Assembly (NCBI RefSeq): GCF_006345805.1
Contig: NC_043006.1
Span: 68,696,001 to 68,760,000 of the forward strand
Length of the DNA stretch: 64,000 nucleotides
Source: Octopus sinensis
Taxonomy: Eukaryota
Direction of reading: 5' to 3'
The notes under the pieces were generated by a model. That model saw nothing but the letters and a program-made list of their open reading frames with translations. It was not told the origin of the DNA and searched no databases. Made by a program: the position numbers and the translations under genes. Below, piece after piece: positions 50,242 through 62,553 of this stretch; within the stretch, counting starts at the first letter, position 1; the number at the start of each line of letters is the position of its first letter.

Positions 50242-51070
50242 ATGTCCAGAGCTTGGAAACGTGATGAACTGGCGTGGTTCCTGCGAGGATGGCAATGCGC
50301 TGACGGAGAAAGTCCAAGTAACATAATTGCGGCAGCACTAAGGAACAAAGGATTCAAAAGGACGTCAGCACAAATAGAGCGGAAGAGGCAAGAGTTCGTA
50401 CGCTCATACGCACTTGTCAGATCGCACATAAACACAACTGGATGCCATTTTTAACAGCGAAAACGCGAACAAAGTAAAGATGGCAAGGATGGAGACGCGG
50501 GCGCAGATGAGAGGGTCACCCCACCTGGTGGACGCCCAGGAAGAAAACTCCAGCGAGAGGCCTGCCCGGGAGGTGAACCCAGGTACGGATGCTCCTACCG
50601 GCCACCAAAAGCCATGGACATGGAGGAAGAGGCCAAAAAAAGAGGAAAAACTGAAGCTAAAACTCAGACAAAGCCAAGGGGCAAGGCAGCCAGGGATAGA
50701 GGCAAACCTAACTGTTCATATGCAAAAAAGGATGGAAACAAGCAGCGCACACGGGTATGTAGGTTCTACCTGAAGGTGCCTGCCGGCATGGAGAGGAAGG
50801 TGCAGGCTGCCGCTTTGCACATCCGGGACCCTGCCACAGAACCAACCACCGAAAGGAAATGGGATGGACCACTCATCACCGGCCCCAAAACGGAGGTACG
50901 CAGATGTGGTGCGTACCAAAACCACCAACGTGTTGTTGAAAGGGCAGCTGCTGAGCAGGAATCTTTTTTGTGCATGGCACAAAAGATTGTACAGCAGCTA
51001 ACCTGGCTCCATCAGACTCAGGCTCGCAGATGGAACTGCCCACGGTTCACAAGCCGCCACAGCAGATGGA
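50242..51070 (+). pseudogene. Putative LINE ORF1 (Myb/SANT-like N-terminus + CCCH zinc fingers), frameshifted
   Basis: IAAALRNKGFKRTSAQIERKRQEFVRSY; with one G restored, CRFYLKGACRHGEEGAGCRFAH (C-x7-C-x8-C-x3-H) at 50758-50822. Confidence 0.55.
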
Positions 51071-51076
51071 CCCAGG

Positions 51077-54073
51077 GTGGACACCACGGGCAACAGCATA
51101 CACCTCACCTCGATGCTCCTACTGAACATCAGAGGACTACTAACACACAGTAACAGGTCAAAAGTCCCGTTCCTGAGAGACTTTGTCGCATGCAATCAAG
51201 CCTTATGCATAGCACTCACAGAAACGCATCTGAAACCGGACATAGCAGATGCGGAATTACACATACCACAGTATGTTGTACTACGGACCGACAGGAAGAA
51301 AGAAGTCATGGAGGAGTTGCTATGTACATCCGTGGGGACCTCACACCCCAGGTCCTTTTGTCATACTCAAACTCGGTGTGTGACAACTAATTGTACACAT
51401 AAGGCAACTTGATGTTAGTGTGTGTGCTACATATCGCCCTCCAGATGCCCCAAGTCATATGGGCAAGTTTGAGGACTGCCTTTTAAAAAAATAGAAGAAG
51501 TTCTAACCACATTAGAACAACACATAAGTGTACTTCTCATGGAGACTTAATCTACGAATGTCAGATGGCCCGAGGGCCTTTCTCTCCCAGGAATGACAAG
51601 ATGTGAACGAGGACAGGCGAGGTCCCTCCTGAACCTCACCAACACCCTGTACATGGAGCAAGTAATACTCCAACCAACCAGAGCGGGTAACACACTGGAT
51701 CTCTGCTTCACAAATAATATGGATCTCATCCATAATGTGAAAGTGACACCGACACTACTCTCGGATCACAACATGGTAGAGCTGACCATGTACGGGCCAA
51801 AAGAGAGCACGGACATGCAGCCTACAAGAAACCCTCAGAATCTTTCCAGCTTGAACTTCAATAAGGTAAACTGGAAACAAATTGAGAAAGAGATCCTCAA
51901 ACAAAACTGGCCTGAATGTCTCTCCTCGCCGGACATCGACATGATACTTCAACAATTCATGTCTGTAATGCAAGCCATATGCTACAAATGTGTCCCAGAG
52001 AGAAAGGCCACTGTACACAAGAACAAAATCCCCAGAGAGAGAAAAATTTAATGAGACGGCGTACAAAAATCTCAAATCGCCTAAACAAACAAATTGAAAG
52101 CAGTGAAAAGTCCCGCCTGAAAATAAAACTGTTGGAAATTGAAAATTGTCTGCAACTCTCCCATGAGAAGGAAAGAGCAGACAAAGAAGCCTGGGCTATA
52201 GACAACATAAAAACTAACCCAGAGCTTTCTACAGGTATGCCAAAGAAACAGCTACGGTGCACTGTAGGATAGGGCCACTCCTTGAAAAGGATGGCACACT
52301 CACAGGAAAACCAATGAGGGTAAGTGAAATACTGAATGAACAATTCAAGAGTGTTTTCACTCCACCCCTTGGGCATTTCCAAATCAGCAATCCAACTGAC
52401 TTCTTTACCACTGCAGATATAGAATCAGAGGCGGCGACGTTAAATTACATCGATATAAAGGAAGACGATGTAATAAAGGCTATAGATGAAATGAAAATAG
52501 ACTCAGCTATTGGCCCCGATGGATTCCCGGCAATCCTCCTAAAAGTATGTAAGAGAGTCTAGCAAGACCACTGCAGTTCTCTTTCAGAGCTTCCTTGCAG
52601 CTGGCAAACTTCCAAGAAAACTGAAGGAAGGTAAAATATGCCCTATTCATAAAGGAGGGTAGAGCGGAGGCCAAGAACTACAGACCTATCTCTCTGACCT
52701 CACACATCAGCAAGGTCATGGAACGAATAGTCAGAAGGAAACTAATCACCTTCCTTGAAGAAAATGACTTGCTGCCTGACACACACATGGTTTCCGACCA
52801 GGAAGAAGCTGCTTAACTCAGCTCCTGCAGCACTATGACTGGGTGCTGAAACAACTGCTCAACCACTCAAATGTGGAAGTCATATATCTCGACTTCGCAA
52901 AGGCCTTCGATAAAGTCGATCATGGAATGATATGTCACAAACTGCGTGATCTTGGCATAGTTGGAAAACTAGGAGAATGGCTTCACGACTTTCTGAAGAA
53001 TAGAAGTCAGGTGGTAGTAGCCAATGGGGCCACTTCCATTAGCACGCAAATAGTGAGCGGTGTTCCACAGGGCACTGTTTTGGGACCACTACTGTTCATA
53101 ATGGCCCTCTCAGACATGCCCTCATCCACGCGGAGAGCCACGATCACAAGTTATGCAGATGATACAAAAGTTTCACAGGCAATACAGAACCCTGAAGACA
53201 CTAGGCACCTGCAATATGAGCTGGACGAAATATACAAGTGGGCTGAAAAGAATAGCATGCAGTTCAATGCTGAAAAGTTTCAAGCTTTATACTATCAGCA
53301 TGCAAAACTGAATGCAAAACTGAATGCAATACCCAAGGAATACACTGGACCCGGAGGGATTGCAATCCCAGAGGCACAATCAGTGCGTGACCTGGGTATT
53401 CACATGAGTGATGACGCGACCTTTCATGTACATGTTGCTAAACTGACAATGAAATGCAGACGGCTGGCTGGATGGATTCTTAGAACCTTTAGAACAAGAG
53501 AACAAGAAACCATGATGGTCCTCTGGAAGACACTTGTCCTAAGTCACTTTGACTATTGCTCTCAGCTATGGTCACCATCCAGTGTCAAGTTGATCACAGA
53601 ACTTGAGGCGATCCAACGAAGCTACACGAAGAGATAGCCTCTATGCAGAATGTAAGCTACTGGGAAGACTCAAGAGATTAAAATTATATTCCCTGGAGCG
53701 TAGCGGGAAAGATATGCCATAATATACATCTGGAAGATCCTGGAGGGAAGTGTCCTGAACTTTGGCATCGAAGAGTTACGCAAACGCCAGAACTGGGCGC
53801 CACTGCGTGGTGCCTAGGACTCCAAACTTGCCATCAAGATGTAGGACAAGATTCTGTGATAGCCTGGGCTTCCGAGGCCCACAGCTCCTCAATATCCTCC
53901 CGATGAACCTGAGAGACCTGCATGGGGTGGATACAGATGTCTTTAAAATGGAGCTGGATCTATTCCTGTCAGGTGTCCCAGATGAACCAACTTCACGGCA
54001 GGAGGGGCAGATGAGGGCAGCTGCATCGAACTCTCTCATGCACCAAATAGCAGTTGCTACAAAGCCTCCATGA
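51077..54073 (+). pseudogene. LINE ORF2: AP endonuclease + reverse transcriptase, multiple 1-nt deletions
   Basis: LNIRGL, ALTETHL, GGVAMYI, LDLCFTN, LSDHN (APE); YLDFAKAFDKVDH, SGVPQGTVLGPLLF, YADDTK (RT); FDYCSQLWSP. Confidence 0.95.
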
Positions 54074-54305
54074 AGTGAAACCAAGTAGCAACACCAAATG
54101 GCGGTGCCCCAGCATGGCCACAGCTCATAAGCTGAAACTGGAATCAATCAATCAATCAATCAATCATTAGACATTCTAAAATATTGAATTTCATTCATTT
54201 AAAAAAGGTAAAATCGGATAGAATTATGGTATGACCTGAATATATATTATATTATATATATATATATAGATATATTATGTATATATAATGTGTGTGTGTG
54301 TGTGT

Positions 54306-54344
<39 letters not shown>

Positions 54345-54352
<8 letters not shown>

Positions 54353-54560
54353 TTTCTGTATTTGTCATCTCCCCTGATTTCACTTGACAACCGATGCTGG
54401 TATGTTTATGTCCCTGTAACTTAGAAGTTCAGCAAAGAGAATGATAGAATATGTACAAGACTTACAAAGACTAAGTCCTAGGATCGATTTCTTCGACTAA
54501 AACCTTTTAAAGTAGTGCTCCAGCATGGCTACAATCAAATGACTGAACCAAGTAAAAGAA
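54345..54560 (+). mobile_element. SINE-A 3' half, diverged
   Basis: gtagtgctccagcatggctacaatcaaatgactgaaccaagtaaaag. Confidence 0.75.
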
Positions 54561-54593
54561 TAAAATAACACATACATACATACATACATACAT

Positions 54594-54658
<65 letters not shown>

Positions 54659-54715
54659 CATTTTATACATACACACATACAAAGGTGTACATATACATAT
54701 ACATATGTATATATT

Positions 54716-54793
<78 letters not shown>

Positions 54794-54804
54794 GTATGCG
54801 CTGT

Positions 54805-54872
<68 letters not shown>

Positions 54873-54934
54873 TGTGTGTGTGTGTCTGTGTGGTACTAAC
54901 ATCAAGAGAGAATATCGTACTCTCTGCTATTTCT

Positions 54935-55300
54935 TATCATTCTTATCATTTGTTTCAGCTTTTGGGTAGCGACCATGCTGGGGTAGCGACCATGCCTTGA
55001 AGAGTTTAGTTGAATTCATCGACCCCAGTACTTTTTTTTTTAAAGCCTGCTCCTTATTCTTTCGGTTTGTTTTGCTAAACTGCCGAATTATGGGGACGTG
55101 AACAAACTAATACCAGTTGTCAAGTTGTGGATAATAAACACAAACGCAAAGACACGCACATACACGCATACATGTATATACGACGGGTTTCTTTCAGTTT
55201 CTCTCCACCAGATCCACTCATGAGGCTTGGTCGAGCCGGGGTTTATAGTTGATGACACTTGCTCAAGGTGTCGCGCAGTGGGAATGAACCCATGACCATA
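54935..55300 (-). mobile_element. SINE-A, diverged
   Basis: Reverse-complement body and head. Confidence 0.7.
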
Positions 55301-55344
55301 TATATAGCATGCCCAGCTGTCAACAAGGTATGCGATAAGGAATA

Positions 55345-55655
55345 AAGAAAAATTGAGAGATATGATAGGTTAGCTTGGGAAGTTAAGCAGTTGTGGTCGA
55401 AGAAAAAGGTAGCAGTAGTACCAATAATTGTCGGAGCCCTGAGAACAGTGAGCAGAAATCTCGAGAGGTACGTGGAACAAATAGGGGCTGCAATAAGGGT
55501 GGAGCACTTGCAGAAAACAGCATTGCTTGGAACCGCTCGAATACTCCAGAAGGTGCTCGAAAAATAAGAGGTGGTACCTTAGTTCACTGAGTTCACTGGT
55601 AGTGAACAACTGACACTGTAATACATCTCCAGTGTTAGAATCTGTGCAAAGGCAG
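55345..55655 (+). mobile_element. R4/Dong-type LINE 3' end (REL endonuclease C-terminus)
   Basis: KEKIERYDRLAWEVKQLW...VVPIIVGALRTVS...LQKTALLGTARILQKVLEK*, followed by (TAC)n. Confidence 0.85.
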
Positions 55656-55708
<53 letters not shown>

Positions 55709-55741
55709 TACTACTACTACTACTACTACTACTACTATTAC

Positions 55742-55784
<43 letters not shown>

Positions 55785-55788
<4 letters not shown>

Positions 55789-56162
55789 TTGAATAAGAGA
55801 GACAAATACTGTCAGATCATTGATGTAGCCATACCAAATGACATGAATGTTATGAGTAAAGAGGTTGAAAAAATTACCAAGTACTCCGAATTGAAAGTGA
55901 AAATGGCAAGATTGTATGGAATGCGAGAGAGTATTGTAAAAGTGATACCAGTGGTGATCAGAGCATTGGGCTCAATCCCATTGAAACTTCAAAACTTTTT
56001 AAGGCAACTGGAAATCCCATGCAAAATTGATGTCTTGTAAAAAGCAGCCTTATTGGGCACAGCGCACATCTCAAGGAAAGTATTATCTGTCTGAGGTCCT
56101 TGTTGTGGCTTGACAGATGACTAAAGACTCCGGTGCATTTTCACCTACACTGTGTTACGAAG

Positions 56163-56165
<3 letters not shown>
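55785..56165 (+). mobile_element. R4/Dong-type LINE 3' end
   Basis: IIDVAIPND...KEVEKITKYSELK...VIPVVIRALGSIP...ALLGTAHISRKVL*, between (TAA)n tracts. Confidence 0.85.
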
Positions 56166-56195
<30 letters not shown>

Positions 56196-56221
56196 TGATG
56201 ATGATGATACTACTACTACTA

Positions 56222-56266
<45 letters not shown>

Positions 56267-56299
56267 CACTACTCATAATAATAATAATAATGAAGTGTT

Positions 56300-56795
56300 A
56301 TCACGTACATTGTTTTGTCTTGGTATAAAAGATGAACTACAGCAAATATTCTGCTCAATACCACAGATTTGCTTGTCAGTTGTTTGACCTTAACTAGTTG
56401 AGCATCTCCCTTGGTGGTTGACGATATGTGCATCTTTGATCACGAGCAGAAATAGTGGGGGAGCATCGTAGCCATGTGTTCAGAGGAATTCTTTGGGGAT
56501 TGGATAATTCACCTTTAAAAACATGGGTGTTTCATTCAACATCCTTAAACAACACTTATTCAGGGACCTTTTGAGTGGGATGGGCTACTCGACCAGAAGA
56601 AAATTCTACCTGGGCCCCACCTGCAAGGTCATGCGCTGTTTACCTTGATATGAGATCATCATGTGGTGCACATATGGTAGTTATGTATGTGCCTGGTGTA
56701 CCCTTATCAGACCGGTAGTCATGATGGGTATACTGGGCTTCGTATATTTTACCCCAGTGTCACTTTGATGTCATGCACTGCTCTCTCACTCAATA
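56300..56795. mobile_element. ~490-bp interspersed repeat in (TAA)n
   Basis: Colinear with 43078-43565. Confidence 0.8.
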
Positions 56796-56839
56796 CTAAT
56801 AATAGTGATAATGATAATTGTAGTGGATAAAAGGTAGAA

Positions 56840-57200
56840 AGAAACTAAGATTATAGATATTGCCATACCCGGGAACGCACGCGTAGGTGACAAAAAGGTT
56901 GGAAAAATGAAGGTTACTAAATTGCAAGAATGTAGGCAATGAAGAAAGAAACTGTCTTTCCAATAGTTGTAGGGGGACTCGGAGCACTAACAATGAAGTT
57001 TGAGAAATTGGAATTGATAAGAGGGTAGAGCATGCTAAAAAGCTGTTATATTGGGAACAGCGAGGATTTTGAAATTGATACTTTGGTGTTAGGTATCTTC
57101 CATGATATCTAATATCTAAGTATCAAGTCTAATAATTCGTAGGAAGAGAGCCCGTGAGACCTTTGACAACAAGTTGCTGTCCCCTCTTACAAAATTAACC
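56840..57200 (+). mobile_element. Degenerate R4/Dong-type LINE 3' end
   Basis: IDIAIPGNARVGDKK...ivgGLGAL...LLLGTARIL-like remnants. Confidence 0.55.
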
Positions 57201-57239
57201 AGAGCAAGTAAGAGAGCTCTGAGAAGTAAAATTTAATAA

Positions 57240-57268
57240 AAATAATGATGATGATGAAGATGATAATG

Positions 57269-57317
<49 letters not shown>

Positions 57318-57378
57318 TGATGATGATGAGGATAATGATGATGATGATGATGATAATAATGATGATGATGATGATGAT

Positions 57379-57433
<55 letters not shown>

Positions 57434-57442
57434 TTAATGATA

Positions 57443-57495
<53 letters not shown>

Positions 57496-57508
57496 AATAA
57501 TGATGATG

Positions 57509-57569
<61 letters not shown>

Positions 57570-57585
57570 TAATAATAATAATGAT
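57240..57585. repeat. Compound (TAA)n/(TGA)n microsatellite
   Basis: Directly visible; it generates the poly-I/M start of ORF 57245-58174. Confidence 0.95.
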
Positions 57586-59051
57586 AATAAGAGTGAGAGC
57601 AATACTCAAGACAGAGCTGAATGCGAGAATCAGGATCGAAGCGATCAATGCATTAGCCATACCAGTCGTGACTTACAGTTTCAATATCGTTAACTGGTCA
57701 ATTACTGAAATATGTCAGCTTGACAGAAAAATACGAAAACTGTTGACAATGCATAGAATGCACCACTCTAAGGCAGATACAGAACGACTTTATCTGCCAA
57801 GAAAAGAGGGAGGCCGTGGTCTTTTACAACTGGCAATAACAATGAAGATTGCTACAATTGGCCTAGACACCTACCTGAAAAAGTCTGAGGACTGGATGTT
57901 AAAACTTGTCTCAAAACATGAAAACAAGAAAGCAGCATACTCAGTAACAAAACAGGCAAAGGAATATCTAAGTGAATTCCGAATACAACAAATTTCGGAA
58001 TTAGAGATAGTCATACAAGAAACAAGCACAGAAAAAGCTAAGCGCATGAAAACCTGTGCCAAAACTGCGGCCTTAGATATTCTGAATAATAAATGGCAAG
58101 AAAAACCTCTCTATGGCAAATACTCAAACAGAGCGAATAATGCAGATATTGACAAAGCCCTGACCCATCAATGACTAATGGCCTCTGGCTTAAAATCTAA
58201 AACAGAAGGGTTTATCATAGCAGCTAAAGATCAATGCCTACCAACAAGAAACTACCAGACCAACATATTAAAGAACGGCAGTAGCCCAACATGTCGTGTA
58301 TGTCGACAACAAAATGAAACCACTGATCATGTTGTCTCCAAGTGCAGTCTTCTAGCGCCTACAGAGTACCTCAACAGGCATGATAGAGCTGCACAATATA
58401 TTCACTGGGTAATTTGCAAAAACCCGGATTTGCCCCATGAAAAAACTGGTGGGAACACAATCCACCTCCAGTACTTGAAAATGACCACATCTCACTCCTC
58501 TGTAACTTCACCATTCAAACTGACAGAAAGATAGATGCAAACACGCCAGACATCATACTGAAAGACTTCAGACAAAGAACAAGCCTCCTCATTGATATGA
58601 CTGTCCCAATCGATATAAACGTATCTGTCAAGACCTACCAAAAACTGAGCAAATATAAAGATCTTGAAATAGAAATCAGCAAAATGTGGAACTTGAAGAC
58701 TATAACAATACCTGTTGTCATAGGTGCCCTGGGAATGATAGCGAAAGGGGCTGATTGCTACCTAACTCAGATACCAGGAAACCCCAAAATGGCAGAAATT
58801 CAAAAGATAGTGCTCATGGGAACTGCTCATATCCTACGCAAAATACTCTCTATGTAATCTCAAGGTTTAAAACAAACTTTTTTTTTAAAGTTTATTTATT
58901 AGACATTCACTAGTACAACACCAAAAAAAACCCCCAAATATATGGCACACTAGGCATAACAACAACGTGAACTTCCAACCTGTTGTCTCTTGAAGTCTCT
59001 GGGTGAGACTTGGAGCCAACTTGTACAAACATAAAGCAAAAGTCAAACATA

Positions 59052-59055
<4 letters not shown>
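57586..59055 (+). mobile_element. 5'-truncated R4/Dong-clade LINE (post-RT region, CCHC finger, PD-(D/E)xK endonuclease, 3' UTR)
   Basis: AINALAIPVVTYSF...RLYLPRKEGGRGL...CRVCRQQNETTDHVVSKC...TPDIIL...IDMTVP...KLSKYKDL...GTAHILRKILSM*. One stop and one frameshift; ends in (TAA)n. Confidence 0.9.
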
Positions 59056-59124
<69 letters not shown>

Positions 59125-59452
59125 TTAGTCAAGAAGGAAGGCAAAAAACATAGACGTATAACAACCCACTTAAATGCAAGACAGGTCGACTGTGGAAAAT
59201 AAAGATGAAGATAGTATCAATTATTCCTGAATAGTGAAGGTGGGGGGGGGGAGTAGTATCAGAAGGCATCAAGAGGATGTAAAGGAAGTGGGAATAGAGT
59301 GCCCAGGAAACCTGTACCTCCTGGACACGGTCAGAATAATCAGAATAATAATACGTAATCAGAATTAGATAATTGAAAATAACAGATAGCACGATACCGT
59401 AGGCTGCAGGTAGCAAGCCAGCTATGCATGCAAGACTCCAGGAGTTCCAACA

Positions 59453-59455
<3 letters not shown>
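59125..59455 (+). mobile_element. Degenerate R4/Dong-type LINE 3' end
   Basis: GVVSEGIKR..KEVGIE...TCLLDTVRIIR-like remnant, between (TAA)n tracts. Confidence 0.5.
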
Positions 59456-59487
<32 letters not shown>

Positions 59488-59496
59488 TGATGATGA

Positions 59497-59577
<81 letters not shown>

Positions 59578-59810
59578 TGATTGATGATGATCACATAGAC
59601 ACACACGCACGCACAAACACGTACACACACATTGCTGTATGTGTGTGTGCCTATACACAATAATATACATGACACGTACACACACCAGCTACCTGTTTTA
59701 CGGAATGAGTCAATCGGGTGCAGCTGTTTTTCAAGCTGACGACTTGGCACGGCTGATTGGACATTCAGCTTGTCTTGCACTGAAAGCAAACACACACATA
59801 CACATACATA

Positions 59811-59844
<34 letters not shown>

Positions 59845-59910
59845 ACACGCACACAAGCACACACACACACACAACACACACACACATATAATATACACTA
59901 TATATATATA

Positions 59911-59944
<34 letters not shown>

Positions 59945-59992
59945 CGTGCGAAGTATATACACCTACATATATATAGAAGATGAGAGAGAGAG

Positions 59993-60025
<33 letters not shown>

Positions 60026-60139
60026 CAAAGGCAGAAAGAGAGAGAGAGAGAGAAAGGGAGGACAAAGGCAGAAAGAGAGAGAGAGAGAGAAAGGGAGAGA
60101 CAAAGGCAGAGAGGGAGAGAGAAAGAGAAAGGGATGGAC

Positions 60140-60171
<32 letters not shown>

Positions 60172-60203
60172 CAAGAGCAAGAGAGAGAGAGAGAGAGAGA
60201 GCA

Positions 60204-60237
<34 letters not shown>

Positions 60238-60953
60238 TTGAAATTTATTAATTGAACACTTCACAATGCTCACAGTACGATGCAATTCGTCGACTGTACT
60301 GTGCTAATGGTCAAGGGATGGTCAGTAATGGAGCATCTTTTGGTAGAAGCTATCGCAGTGTTCATTAGTTATTTCATCAAACTTTTCAGATATCAATTGG
60401 TGGGCTCTACTGGACGAGTTAGATAAGATAGACATGTATTCCCTTACGTCTGATGTAGTTTAGCTCTATTTGTGTTTCAAGGCTTGAGCACCAATTGAAA
60501 AATTCAAATTTGATTCCAAAGAATTCAAATTTGATGGCAAAGAATCCAAACTAGATCGAAAACATCTATAATAAAACAGATTTTCGGACAAATATCAATT
60601 TGGTCAACAGAAATTAAATTCGAAGGTATTCGCCCAAAGCGAATTACACTGGGATCGATCTTAGCACCGCATAGTTGCAATACTAGCCTATTAACCACAC
60701 AGTTATATCTGTTTACAAATTAGGAAACAAATGAAATCCTATCGGGTGTAATCGGAGAAGGAAATATTTCATAATGGTTGGTTATTGACAATCTAGAATG
60801 ATTCCAGTAAAATCCTCGCTACAAATCCTTCCGATATAACTATTTCCGTCATTTCCGGTCTAACCAGTTTACTCTGGAATGTTTCCATAACGACCGTGTT
60901 ATTGTTTACTTTGTCTTAATTATTTTCTTGGCGTCTGTAGTTTGATCAGTTTA

Positions 60954-60985
<32 letters not shown>

Positions 60986-61048
60986 AGTGCGTGAGCGCGT
61001 GCGTGTGCATGCGTGTGTATGCTGTTTGTATATCTAATTGCCTGTCTG

Positions 61049-61109
<61 letters not shown>

Positions 61110-61379
61110 AATATAATAAAATGTACATGTACACATATGAATATACATACAACATATATATATATATAAATAATATAATATAGTATATATATATTATATA
61201 TATATATATATATAATATATATATATATATATACATATGTTGTATGTATGTATACATGCATGCGTGTGCGTGTCAGAATGCACTGGTCACTCTTAGTGCA
61301 ACCGGTAACATGAAACTGAATACATCCTGTTGTATCGTCTGAGCGTCGGATACTAAAACGGGAACCCTACCAAGCTACT

Positions 61380-61900
61380 TGGTAAGAAGATTAGTTTTCG
61401 TTGACGACCTACAGGGTGAAAAAGAAAACCTGTTAAAGGACGAATGAACTCAGTAGAGTCGACGCCTATTCAACAGGTGAGAGTGAAAGACTCCACGTTT
61501 TTGTTTAGTCTTTAGGAGAAGGAAAATCTGATGTAACATCTGCGACTTCGTTTGCATTCAATGATGAAGACGAATTCTTGTTTTGGGGCAAATGAATACG
61601 TTGTTTGGAGACTGGGTTTGGCTCTGTGCAATATTTCTCCTCACTTAAAAGATTTCAGGCGCAAATATTACTTGATTTTTAACACCTCTGTTGACATCTC
61701 TGTTATGTGTTGCATACTAGGGCTGGCCGTGGCAGAAAAGGGAAAAATACTCAATGAAGAATGCCATGTGGCAGTGTGGGTAGAAAGCTCACATAACTCC
61801 TGGTACTAGAGGCGCCCATCGTTGGCTCGTCTGTGCAAAAGAGTGTAGGTCTGAAGCAGGGATGAAAGCCACATCCGTGCTGCTTATGTTTATAAGAACA
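61380..61900 (+). mobile_element. Possible decayed 5' region of an RTE-like LINE
   Basis: UTR-like motif taggagaaggaaaatctgatg and a weak endonuclease-like ORF; by-eye only. Confidence 0.25.
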
Positions 61901-62315
61901 CTCAAGCTATGACTTACCTCGAACTCACTTTGCAGCCATCACGTATTGAACAATGCAATCATTTCATTACATCAATTTAAAGTGTAGAGCAATCTTCTGC
62001 AATCTTATATATATATAAACAACTTATTTAACCTTTAAAGGTATTTTTTAATATGCTGGCCATTGATAACATTTTTTTCGAGAAATTTTATCCTATATTA
62101 AATGTAAATTTAATAGTGTTCACTTCCGGACTCTCTCACTCTATGAGAGTTTTCATTTCGAATCGCACGTGTCTCGAGTGGGCTGGAGAATTTCTATTTT
62201 GGATATATTTGGGGTACTTAATTGTGCTCATGACTTAGTGTTTGCTTCTAATATGTAACCCCAATCATCAATACAATATATTTTATTGTATTAAACGTTG
62301 ATAAAGTGATATAAG

Positions 62316-62410
62316 GGTCTGATGATTGGGGTTACATTTTAAGAAGGGTTCCAGGAAAACACGGAGTGGTTTAGGAACCGGAGGATGTACCTCATGAAAC
62401 ACGTGTAGCC
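62316..62410 (+). ncRNA. Type I hammerhead-like motif with extended stem II
   Basis: ggt-CTGATGA-t-tggggttacat...atgtacctca-t-GAAA-cacgtg-TA-gcc. The 10.1/11.1 pair is broken. Confidence 0.5.
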
Positions 62411-62512
62411 AAGTATTAAAACAGTAGGTATTTAAAATAAAAATTCTTTTTATATGGTGAGATGAAGGGGCCTACTATCTCTAAAATAAAAATATTCATA
62501 TGTGTGTGTGTG

Positions 62513-62553
<41 letters not shown>

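Larger units (their letters stand above)
49630..54166 (+). mobile_element. Near full-length CR1-group LINE
   Basis: CT-rich repeated 5' UTR, ORF1-like region, APE + RT ORF2, short 3' UTR and (AATC)n tail. Confidence 0.9.
48408..54239 (-). mobile_element. Mariner transposon (pseudogenised transposase ~48480-49493) carrying a nested LINE
   Basis: TIR tcaggtcatctcataagttctgcccga at 48408 and its diverged inverted partner at 54210-54239. MEVSKEHLRHIILY...TGDEKWIFY...HQD...PHPPYSVDLAPSDHH with stops and frameshifts. Confidence 0.9.

Noticed and set aside
57245-57585. Poly-Met/Ile N-terminus of the 309-aa ORF
   Set aside because: It is (TGA/TAA)n microsatellite; only the part from ~57586 is LINE protein.
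60260-60900. Non-repetitive stretch with a possible 18-nt minus micro-exon near 60450
   Set aside because: No ORF or homology support; such short splice-like matches are expected by chance.
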